A stretch of 64,000 bases of DNA from an uncultured Gemmatimonadales bacterium (GTDB lineage Bacteria > Gemmatimonadota > Gemmatimonadetes > Gemmatimonadales > GWC2-71-9), in NCBI GenBank assembly GCA_963779755.1, contig CAVZZO010000001.1:64001-128000 (forward strand), in the 5' to 3' direction. Under the pieces are notes generated by a model. That model saw only the letters and a list, made by a program, of their open reading frames with translations, did not search any database and was not told where the DNA came from. Positions 18,593-26,888 of the stretch are shown here, piece after piece; the stretch's first letter is position 1; every line of letters begins with the position of its first letter. The translations under genes were made by a program, and so were the position numbers.

Positions 18593-20400
18593 GGCGTACT
18601 CCTGATGGCACCGGTGGCGCGCAACACCGCCTCCAGCCGCGCCATCTCTGCCTTCCCCTCGGCGGTATCGGCCAGGTTGTTCATTTCGGCGGTATCATGG
18701 TCGAAATCATACAGTTCCAACCCACCCTTCCCATCCCGGATCAGGCGCCACCCATCGAGCACCACCGCCCGCATGTCGCCCCGGCTCACCGGCGTGTTGG
18801 GCGGAAGACGAGGCGCCCAGTCGACCTCGCTTACCAGGGTATCCTGACCGGCGTCCGGGCCCAGGTGATTCCAGAGGCGCGCCAGCGAGCGGCCCGGGAA
18901 CGGGGCGTCGCCGAGGCCGGTGAGATCGGCCAACGTGGCAGCGATATCGCGGGTCGAGACCGGCTGATCCACTACCCGCCCGGCCGGAATCGACCGGGGC
19001 CAGCGGATCAGGAGGGGGACCTCCACGGAGGCCCGGTACAGCGAATTCCCGTGAAAGAAGACGCCGTGTTCGCCAAACTCCTCCCCATGATCCGACGTCA
19101 CGACAACCACCGTGCTGTCCAGAATCCCCCGCTGCCGCAATGCCTCGAACAGCTCGCCCAGACGGGCATCGAGCGCGAGGATGGACTCGTCATACGCGGC
19201 GCGGGCCGCGTGGATGACGGCCGGCGACCACTCCCGCCCGGGCGTGTCCTCCTCCAGCGCGTGGATCCGGGCCAGATCCTCCGGCCCTGAAAACCTCCCG
19301 GCAAACGGAGCCGCAGGCTGATAGGGGTCGTGCGCATCCATGTAGTTCAGGAATGCGAAAAATGGCCTCCCGCCCCGGGATCGGGCCAGCCAGCGCAGAA
19401 AGGCACTATTGATGTCCGCGGCGTGCACCCGGAGCATGGACCGCTCCCGGTAGCGGCTGTGGAGGATAAAGCGATTGAAGGCCGAGGAGAGAAGAACCTG
19501 GGCTGGCGTCACGGGATAGTCGCGGTAGTAACCGAAGCCGCGAGCCAGCCCTGTCTGGCGGCTGGCATACTGTGTATTGGCAGCGAAGCCCACGGTGACC
19601 CACCCGTGTCGGCCCAGTGTTTCGGCGAGCGTCGGAAAGGTGGCATCCAGCGGCGACAGCCAGCCGGTGGACAACTCATGCGGCCAGTGGCCGGTGAAGA
19701 TGCTGGCGTGAGCCGGTAGCGTCCAGGGAGCGGGAGATATGGCCCGCCGGAAAAGCACGCCGTCACGGGCGAAACGTTCCAGCGTCGGCGTGGTCGCCCG
19801 CTCATAGCCATAGGCGCTCAAGTCGAGAGCCCGAACCGTGTCGAGAATGATCAGGAGTACGTTGGGCGCGCCGGTGGCCACCGCCTCACGCGAATGCCGG
19901 CGTACCGTCGCCTGCCGCTGCACTTCCAATCCGCCGGCCAGGAGGAGTACCAGCCCTCCCAGGGGAATCAGCGTGGCGGAGACGACCCGCCGGAGGATCG
20001 CCGGCCACCGGCGGGCCAGGCGCGCCGCCTGCACACCGGCGCCAACCGCCAGGAGCACTGCCGCGACCCGGGCAAGCGGCCCGTACTGCAGGGTCAAGGT
20101 GAAAACGCCCAGTGCCGTGTAGCAGCCCAGAGCGAAGGGGAGACCGATTCGGCCCCGGCTCGCCCGCGCGGCCAGGGCGATGATCAGACCCAGGACCAGG
20201 AAGGTCCCCAGGTCTGCAAGGGGAGCCATCCAGACCACGTCCGTCGGCAGGAAGACGAGCCGTCCCAGCAGAAAACGACGGACCCCGAAGAGCGTCGCTT
20301 CGCCGAGACCCGTCAGGATGCCGGCCCAGGCAGCGAGCCGCACGTGATCGCGAACCGGGGGAGCCGGGGACTTCGCCTGCCGGGCCGGAATGCCTGTCAT
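18589..20400 (-). CDS. Membrane-anchored sulfatase-like hydrolase/transferase (paralog 1)
   Basis: PNVLLIILDTVRA, PWTLPAHASIFTG, NYMDAHDPY, SDHGE; ATG 20400 chosen as start. Confidence 0.88.
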   Translation of the reverse strand: MTGIPARQAKSPAPPVRDHVRLAAWAGILTGLGEATLFGVRRFLLGRLVFLPTDVVWMAPLADLGTFLVLGLIIALAARASRGRIGLPFALGCYTALGVFTLTLQYGPLARVAAVLLAVGAGVQAARLARRWPAILRRVVSATLIPLGGLVLLLAGGLEVQRQATVRRHSREAVATGAPNVLLIILDTVRALDLSAYGYERATTPTLERFARDGVLFRRAISPAPWTLPAHASIFTGHWPHELSTGWLSPLDATFPTLAETLGRHGWVTVGFAANTQYASRQTGLARGFGYYRDYPVTPAQVLLSSAFNRFILHSRYRERSMLRVHAADINSAFLRWLARSRGGRPFFAFLNYMDAHDPYQPAAPFAGRFSGPEDLARIHALEEDTPGREWSPAVIHAARAAYDESILALDARLGELFEALRQRGILDSTVVVVTSDHGEEFGEHGVFFHGNSLYRASVEVPLLIRWPRSIPAGRVVDQPVSTRDIAATLADLTGLGDAPFPGRSLARLWNHLGPDAGQDTLVSEVDWAPRLPPNTPVSRGDMRAVVLDGWRLIRDGKGGLELYDFDHDTAEMNNLADTAEGKAEMARLEAVLRATGAIRSTP

Positions 20401-20490
20401 GCCACCGCGCACAGATGGGCCGGGGCCGGCGAGCAAGTCGTCACCGGCCGGCCGGGAAATCCCTTGTACCCGTCAGGCTGAAGCATGTTG

Positions 20491-22257
20491 TCAACAGTCA
20501 ACATTCTGTTGTGTGGAAACAACACATGGAGGCTTGGCACTGCTTGCCGTTCGCGGATGGCGCACCTGATCCCGGGGCGCAAAGATCCGAATGGGAGGGT
20601 TGACCGACGGATAGTCCAGCCGAGGCCGATGCACCCAGGGGAGCAGCGGCGGGGTCTGGAAGGTCGCTGCCGGCACGTAGGAGAGGGAGCCGGCCACCAG
20701 CCGCCGGTACAGCGCCGGAGGAAACGAGGCATCGAAAGGTGCACCGGGGCGGCTGGTGTGGTCGGGCATGATGATGAGAAAACGGGGCCGGCGTTCCTGC
20801 CATCCGGCGATGATCTCCGCCACCTTGGCGGCACTGGTGTCATGCTGGAAGAAGAGACCGTGGTATTCGGTGCTGCGGTCGGTCTGCACCCCGGCCGGTA
20901 GCGGTGGAAGCTTCTGGCTGGCCCCGAAGTATTCCACGTGGTCGCCTGGCTCGAGTCGCTCCGCCAGCCAGGCCGCGGCGCTCCATCGGGCATCCCGCAG
21001 CATGGCGTAGGTCAGATCGATTCCGCGCAGCAGGTTGAGGCCCACCGCCGCAGTCAGCAGGAGCAGGCTGGCCAGCCGGAGGTCAACACGCGATCGGGCC
21101 AGACCCAGTGCCGCGGCGTGACCGGCGAAGATCGCCAGCAATGCCGCCGCCGGGAGGACGTAACGCAGCTGGCCCGACCGGAGCGTGAGAAAGATGAATG
21201 CCAGATAGGACACGGCCGGGAGCACCATCCAGGCCTGTCTTCCCCCCCCGCGGACGATCGCCCACAGGCCGGCCGCAGCGAGCGCGATGCCGGGCCAGGT
21301 GAGGCTCTGGACCAGGTAGCCGGACATGTCGCGTAGGTACCTGAGGTTGCCATCCAGAGTATACGGGAAGGCTATCGGAATGGTCTTCCCCGCGACCGGG
21401 GCGGCTTCCAGCCGACCGGTCGTGAAGGCGAGATGTGCCAGGTAACGTCCGGGTTCAATGAAGAACCCGCTTCCCAGACCCAGCGCAATGAACGCGGCAA
21501 GCAGTCCGCAGGCCCAGGGCGCCCACCAGAGCGGGCGGTGCCAGTCTCGCGGGCCGAGGCCATCGGCGCGAGGGGCAAACAGCGCCGCGGGCACGAAACC
21601 CACGACGGCGCCCAGCGCCGACTCCTTGGTGGCCATGGCGAGACCCAGGGCCACACCCAGCAGAATTGCCCGTCGCCGGGTAACACCGTACTTGACCATC
21701 CGCGCAAGCGCGGCATACCCCAGCATCACGAAGCACAGCATGGGGACATCCACGTTGCCCGTCCGGGCATAATAGAACATGGGATAGAGGGTCATCACGC
21801 TGATCGCGGCCAGGACCCCCGATCGTGGGCCCCAGATCATTCGGGCGGCGGAGTAGGCTCCAAACACGGCACCCAGCGCCAGCACGACAGTGACCAGGTG
21901 AGCCAGAACGGTGAGGACGCGCAGCGTGGAGACCGGATCGGCCAAACCGAACGGGTAGTTGGGACTGGGCGCCCGGAGCTTTCCCGTCAGATACAGGTAG
22001 CCGAGATAGGGGCTGTAGGCGGCATCGGCCAGATAGCTGTACAGCAGGGGATACCCGAAGTTCCGGTCGGGCCTCGGGTGGAGCATGTTACCGATCTCGG
22101 CGATCGGGCCAAGCGGCGATTCGTCGTCTACCGCCCAGGCCTTGACCCGATCGGGCGCGGTGGCCACCGGCGCGCCCCACCACACAGCAGGGAGATACAG
22201 AACCAGCGCCGCCAGCACCAGCCAGGCACCGGGAGACAACCTGCCGCGGGACATCAC
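20491..22257 (-). CDS. GT-C fold glycosyltransferase (ArnT/PMT-like, lipid-carrier dependent)
   Basis: Polytopic membrane protein; DDE in the first loop, YPLLY, NVDVP, GLAMATKE, RYVLP. Confidence 0.8.
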   Translation of the reverse strand: MMSRGRLSPGAWLVLAALVLYLPAVWWGAPVATAPDRVKAWAVDDESPLGPIAEIGNMLHPRPDRNFGYPLLYSYLADAAYSPYLGYLYLTGKLRAPSPNYPFGLADPVSTLRVLTVLAHLVTVVLALGAVFGAYSAARMIWGPRSGVLAAISVMTLYPMFYYARTGNVDVPMLCFVMLGYAALARMVKYGVTRRRAILLGVALGLAMATKESALGAVVGFVPAALFAPRADGLGPRDWHRPLWWAPWACGLLAAFIALGLGSGFFIEPGRYLAHLAFTTGRLEAAPVAGKTIPIAFPYTLDGNLRYLRDMSGYLVQSLTWPGIALAAAGLWAIVRGGGRQAWMVLPAVSYLAFIFLTLRSGQLRYVLPAAALLAIFAGHAAALGLARSRVDLRLASLLLLTAAVGLNLLRGIDLTYAMLRDARWSAAAWLAERLEPGDHVEYFGASQKLPPLPAGVQTDRSTEYHGLFFQHDTSAAKVAEIIAGWQERRPRFLIIMPDHTSRPGAPFDASFPPALYRRLVAGSLSYVPAATFQTPPLLPWVHRPRLDYPSVNPPIRIFAPRDQVRHPRTASSAKPPCVVSTQQNVDC

Positions 22258-23252
22258 TGACCGGCCGCGCCCACGGGTCGGTTTTCGGGCGCGCCGGTGA
22301 TCTCCGGACTCAGCATCGAACGCTGCACCGCCCAGAGCTCACGCTGAATCATGAAGCCTTGCTGCAGCACGACGGCCATGAGAAAGAATACGATGCCCAG
22401 GATCACGAGCGAGATGCTGAGCAGCGCCATGTACACCGAGACCTCATGCAGCACATAGTAGATCACCGCGGCTACAAAGGACGCGATCCCGAGCGCCAGG
22501 GTAACCATGCTCAGGGCCAGGACATAACGCACGGGATGCGCGAAGAGGCTGAACAGGCTGTGGGAGACGATCAGACGCCGGATGCGCGAGGAGCTCTTGC
22601 GCTTCACCCGCTGTCCCTGGTGCTTGTACTCCTTCCACTCCAGCAGGGCCGGTATCTCCCGGATCCGGGCGCCAAAGGCGCTGCTCTTGAGAATGACCTC
22701 CAGATGGAACTCCTTGCCGTCCTCCGAGAGCGGCAGTGACTGGATCAGCCGCCGCCGGTAGGCCCGCGTCATGCCGGTGTTCATGGTCACCGCGTTGGAC
22801 ATCGCGGCCCGGATCACCAGGTTCCCCAGCCGGCTGAGCCAGACCCGTTTGAAGGGGACGTGCCGATAGCCACCCCCCGGCAGATGCGGACTGGCCACCA
22901 CGATATCCGTTTCCGGCCAGCGCTGCATGGCGCCAACCAGCTCGTGCACGATCCGGTCTCCCCAGGACAGGTCGATTTCCGTCGTCACGATGATCTCGCC
23001 GCGCGCCCGGATGATGCCCGTGCGGAGGGCATACCCCCGCCCACGGTTGTGGGGGTAGCCCAGCACCCGCAGGCGGGGTTCGATGGCTTCCAGTCGCCGG
23101 GCGATGGCCTCGGACCCGTCGGTGGAGCCGTCGTTCACCACGATCAGTTCCCAGTTACCCTCGAGGGTCTGCAGCTGTTCCAGGAGCTGCGTGATGGCAT
23201 GCTCCAGGATTCCGGCTTCGTTATAGAACGGACAAACTACCGAGATGTCCAT
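22254..23252 (-). CDS. GT2 polyprenol-phosphate glycosyltransferase (DPM1/ArnC/GtrB-like)
   Basis: SVVCPFYNE, VNDGSTD, NRGRGYA, EID in place of DxD, two C-terminal TM helices. Confidence 0.87.
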   Translation of the reverse strand: MDISVVCPFYNEAGILEHAITQLLEQLQTLEGNWELIVVNDGSTDGSEAIARRLEAIEPRLRVLGYPHNRGRGYALRTGIIRARGEIIVTTEIDLSWGDRIVHELVGAMQRWPETDIVVASPHLPGGGYRHVPFKRVWLSRLGNLVIRAAMSNAVTMNTGMTRAYRRRLIQSLPLSEDGKEFHLEVILKSSAFGARIREIPALLEWKEYKHQGQRVKRKSSSRIRRLIVSHSLFSLFAHPVRYVLALSMVTLALGIASFVAAVIYYVLHEVSVYMALLSISLVILGIVFFLMAVVLQQGFMIQRELWAVQRSMLSPEITGAPENRPVGAAGQ

Positions 23253-23276
23253 AACGCCTCCCCCGCGAAGAGCAGG

Positions 23277-25193
23277 TCAGAGCTGCCCCCGTCGATCCAG
23301 CGCCGTTCGGAACCACAACTCCAGCATGACCAGACTGAACACCTGCTTGGCGACCAGGAACTCGCCCTGGGCCAGCGCGTTCCGGAGCCGGGCGACGGCC
23401 TCCGGACGGAACAGGCCGCGTTCGCGAACCACGCGATCCGACAGCGTGTCTTCCATGATGTCCCGGAACCTCGGATGACCCAGGAAATGCTCCAGCGGCA
23501 CATAAAACGGCATCTTGCGCCGCTCCACTGCTTCGGTTGGAAGCAGCCGGCGGGCATAGGCCCGTAGCAGATACTTGGTCGCGCCGCCGCGAAGTTTGAG
23601 GCGGGGCGGCACCCGTAGCACGTATTCCACCAGGCGATGATCCAGAAAGGGCACGCGAGCCTCGATGCCGCTGGCCATCGACATCTTGTCCTGCTTCGTC
23701 AGAATATCCTCCGGCAGCCAGTCCCGGAACTGCAGGTCGATCACCCGGTTGAGGATCGGCGCGCGGGCGGTGAGAGCCCGGGGCGACGGATTCTCCAGGG
23801 TATGTCCATTCAGCCGGGCGCGGAATTCATCCTGGTACAACCCGGCGGTATCGCGTGGGTCGAAGAGCGAAATCAGATGGTGGTACGCCTCCGCCAGCTG
23901 CGGCGGATCCAGCAGCCGCAGGAAGTCCATCACCTTTCGCTTCCCCCGCTGGCCCAGCGCGGCCGGATAGTCGAACGCCAGATTGAGCACCCCCGCCGGC
24001 GTGAGCGCCACCGCCGGCTCCAGGAGACCGCGTCGGATCAGGGCCGGCATGAACCGGGCCAACTGCTCCCCCCGGACCAGGGCACGGTGGAAGAGATAGC
24101 CGCCCAGGGTCTCGTCGGCTCCCTCGCCCGCGAGGATGACCGTCACCTGGCGCTTGGCCTCACGGGCCAGCTGAAACATGGGGATGACGATGGGGTCTCC
24201 CAGCGGCTCGTCCAGGTGCCAGGCGATCCGGGGCAGAAGGTCTACATCCTCGGCCCGGCAGGCGATCTCGGTGTGCCGGCACCCCAGGCGGCGCGCCGTT
24301 TCCGCCGCCGCCGCCAGCTCATCATGCTGGTAGTCAAAGCCGACGGTGAAGGTGCGCACCGGATCGGCCAGCTGCTGCGCCATGACCGCGACGATGGTGC
24401 TGGAGTCGATGCCCCCGCTGAGGTAGGCGCCCAGCGGGACCTCCGAAACAAGGCGCATCCGGACGCTGCGCTCGAACTGCTCGGCGAATCCCTCGAGATA
24501 CTCCTCGTCGCTCGCGGGGAAGGGGCCGGAATAGAGCTCCGGCTCCCAATAGCGCTCCAGCACCACCCGGCCATCTTCGACCGTGAGATAGTGCGCCGCC
24601 GGCAGCTTGCGAAGCTCCCGGAGCATGCCCCCGGGCCCCGGCACGAAGCGAAGCGCCAGATAGGCGTCCACCCCCGCCGGATCGAGCGTAGGCTGCCAGC
24701 CACGGTAGCGTAGAATGGCCTTGAACTCGGAGCCGAACAGAAACCGCTCGCCCAACTGCGCGTAATACATCGGCTTGATGCCCAGACGGTCGCGAGCGAG
24801 GAAGAGACGACGGCGCTGCTTGTCCCAGATCGCCAGGCCCCACATACCGTTCAGACGCTCCAGACATCTCGGCCCCATGTCCTCGTACAGATGGAGCACC
24901 ACCTCGGTATCGCCCTGGGTACGGAAGCGATGGCCTCGTGACAGCAACTCCTCCCGGAGCTCGCGGTAGTTGTAGATCTCGCCGTTGAAGACGATCACCA
25001 GGGAGCCGTTCTCGTTTTCGATCGGCTGCCGGCTGCCGGCAACATCGATGATACTGAGCCGCCGCATGCCGAGCCCAATCCCGTCGGCTTCGTAGGCTCC
25101 GCAGTCGTCCGGGCCCCGATGCACCAGGGTCGCGGTCATCTCCGCCAGCAGCCCTTCCTGGTGGACGCCCAGATACCCGCAGATCCCGCACAT
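23277..25193 (-). CDS. asnB: Asparagine synthase-like glutamine amidotransferase (likely glycan amidation)
   Basis: MCGI N-terminus, HRGPD, FNGEIYN, LSGGIDS, GEGADE, EARVPFLD. Confidence 0.93.
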   Translation of the reverse strand: MCGICGYLGVHQEGLLAEMTATLVHRGPDDCGAYEADGIGLGMRRLSIIDVAGSRQPIENENGSLVIVFNGEIYNYRELREELLSRGHRFRTQGDTEVVLHLYEDMGPRCLERLNGMWGLAIWDKQRRRLFLARDRLGIKPMYYAQLGERFLFGSEFKAILRYRGWQPTLDPAGVDAYLALRFVPGPGGMLRELRKLPAAHYLTVEDGRVVLERYWEPELYSGPFPASDEEYLEGFAEQFERSVRMRLVSEVPLGAYLSGGIDSSTIVAVMAQQLADPVRTFTVGFDYQHDELAAAAETARRLGCRHTEIACRAEDVDLLPRIAWHLDEPLGDPIVIPMFQLAREAKRQVTVILAGEGADETLGGYLFHRALVRGEQLARFMPALIRRGLLEPAVALTPAGVLNLAFDYPAALGQRGKRKVMDFLRLLDPPQLAEAYHHLISLFDPRDTAGLYQDEFRARLNGHTLENPSPRALTARAPILNRVIDLQFRDWLPEDILTKQDKMSMASGIEARVPFLDHRLVEYVLRVPPRLKLRGGATKYLLRAYARRLLPTEAVERRKMPFYVPLEHFLGHPRFRDIMEDTLSDRVVRERGLFRPEAVARLRNALAQGEFLVAKQVFSLVMLELWFRTALDRRGQL

Positions 25194-26888
25194 TCAGCCG
25201 ACCGCCTCGGTGGCAGGGACCCGGATCTCCCGGGTCAACGTCAGCGGCTGAAGCATCTGCGCGGGTGCGATCGGTATTTCGGCGCCGGGCGGCGGGGCGG
25301 CCCGGAGCTCGCTCTCGATGAAGTAGCGGGACGAGCCCATGTGGATGGTGGTGAAAAGCGGGCTCCATGTGCAGTCGGCCAGCCGGCGGGCGTCCGGCCC
25401 GCCCAGGCGGTCTTCGACCGTCACACCGTCATCCCGGAACAGGATCCGGCGGCGAAAACTTATGTCCAGGGGCCGGCGCCGGTAGATCAGGACCCGGACC
25501 AGGTAGCGCTTGAGCCAGCGCGCTATTCCCGCCACCCGGCCGACCGAGAGCGTGAAGAGCCGGAAGGCGACGAACCGCAGCGGGGCCATTACGGGGCGGG
25601 CGAAGCCAACCATGCCGCCCCCAACGACGACCTCCCCCTCTCCGATGCTGACCTCGCGACCGTGATCCAGGTACTGGGTGGAACACTGTCCTCCAGCGCG
25701 GAGCCGGCCGAGATAGCCGCAGTCGCTGTACACCAGCCTGCGCTGCCCGCGGTCATAGACCTTGAGGACGCCGCCCTTGGCAGTGCCCACCCACGCATCG
25801 TAGCCCGGCCGGCGCAGCCGCAACAACCCGGCGCCGGGAAACCAGGAGAGCCCCGTAGCGGCCGTCGGGTCGCGGACGGGCCGGCACTGATCGCTCCGGT
25901 ATGCGCGGCAGGCGAAGATCAGATTATTCAGAAACGGGAAGTAGTTGTACGGATCCACGCCGCGCAGGCCGGCCGACTGCGCCCCTCCGACCGACGGCCG
26001 GAGAGTGTTGGCGATCCAGCGGGCCGCAGGAGAGTGGGCCGCCAGGATCTCGAAACCCGCAGGATAATAGGTCTGGGTATTGCGGCTGGCGTACTCACCG
26101 CCGACGCTGCCGTCGGGATGGATGAAATGAGCCAGAAATGCCGCCGAGCGATCCAGTGAGCCGAGCAGGGTCTGGTCGCCGGTCAGCTGCCATATGCGCG
26201 CCAGATAGAAGGTCCCATGCGTCTGATAGCCGGGATCGGCACCGCCATATTCGTCGTACCACCCTTCAGCGGACTGGTGGGACAGAATCCGGTCCAGAAA
26301 GTACCGGCTCCGGCTGCTGAAGCGTGCCTCGCCCGTGAGGCGCGCAATGTGTTCCAGCGCGGCGGCCGCCGCGGCAAGATGGTTGGAAAGAAATCCATGT
26401 CCCTCGTCGTTCCGGCAGAGCCAGTCGCCGGCGCGGGCGAGCACGCCAGCCACGGCGTCGCGCGTCGCGGCCGGCACGGCGCTGCCGGCCAGATCGAGCG
26501 CTTCGGCCACGTAAAAGCCGGTAAAGCTCGTCGCCGCGAGAGAGCGCTCGAAGGGGTAGGCTTCGTCAAAGCTCCCATCCCGATGCTGCAGGCGGCACCA
26601 GTAGCGCAGGCCCAGATCGAGCCAGCGTGCCAACTCGGGAGACTGGTGATACGGATTGTCCGGGTGCGCCGTGCGGTGCAGAAAGGCCAGCACGCTCACC
26701 GCCTCCTGGAACCGCGGCCCGGGGAAGTCGGTGAATTTCCAGGCCCAGAAGGTCCGGTCGCAACAGCCCGCGGTGGGGCTGTGGACATCGCGATCCATCT
26801 GGCTCAGCGTTCGAGGTCCCTGGTCCAGAATCAGAGACCAGTACGGCTCGCTGGGAGCTTGCGTCAGGGAAGGAGGAACGCTGCTCAC
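25194..26888 (-). CDS. Uncharacterised protein, probable alpha/alpha toroid plus beta domain (heparinase II/III-like)
   Basis: 564 aa ORF abutting both neighbours; QHRDGSF, SNHLAAA, QSAEGWYDEYGGADPGYQ, HPDGS repeats. Fold assignment is inference. Confidence 0.6.
   Translation of the reverse strand: MSSVPPSLTQAPSEPYWSLILDQGPRTLSQMDRDVHSPTAGCCDRTFWAWKFTDFPGPRFQEAVSVLAFLHRTAHPDNPYHQSPELARWLDLGLRYWCRLQHRDGSFDEAYPFERSLAATSFTGFYVAEALDLAGSAVPAATRDAVAGVLARAGDWLCRNDEGHGFLSNHLAAAAAALEHIARLTGEARFSSRSRYFLDRILSHQSAEGWYDEYGGADPGYQTHGTFYLARIWQLTGDQTLLGSLDRSAAFLAHFIHPDGSVGGEYASRNTQTYYPAGFEILAAHSPAARWIANTLRPSVGGAQSAGLRGVDPYNYFPFLNNLIFACRAYRSDQCRPVRDPTAATGLSWFPGAGLLRLRRPGYDAWVGTAKGGVLKVYDRGQRRLVYSDCGYLGRLRAGGQCSTQYLDHGREVSIGEGEVVVGGGMVGFARPVMAPLRFVAFRLFTLSVGRVAGIARWLKRYLVRVLIYRRRPLDISFRRRILFRDDGVTVEDRLGGPDARRLADCTWSPLFTTIHMGSSRYFIESELRAAPPPGAEIPIAPAQMLQPLTLTREIRVPATEAVG

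Noticed and set aside
23277..25193. Lasso peptide cyclase or RiPP cluster (AsnB homolog, with a prolyl oligopeptidase in the window)
   Set aside because: The N-terminal Cys glutaminase domain is intact, no B protein or precursor is seen, and the context is glycan biosynthesis.
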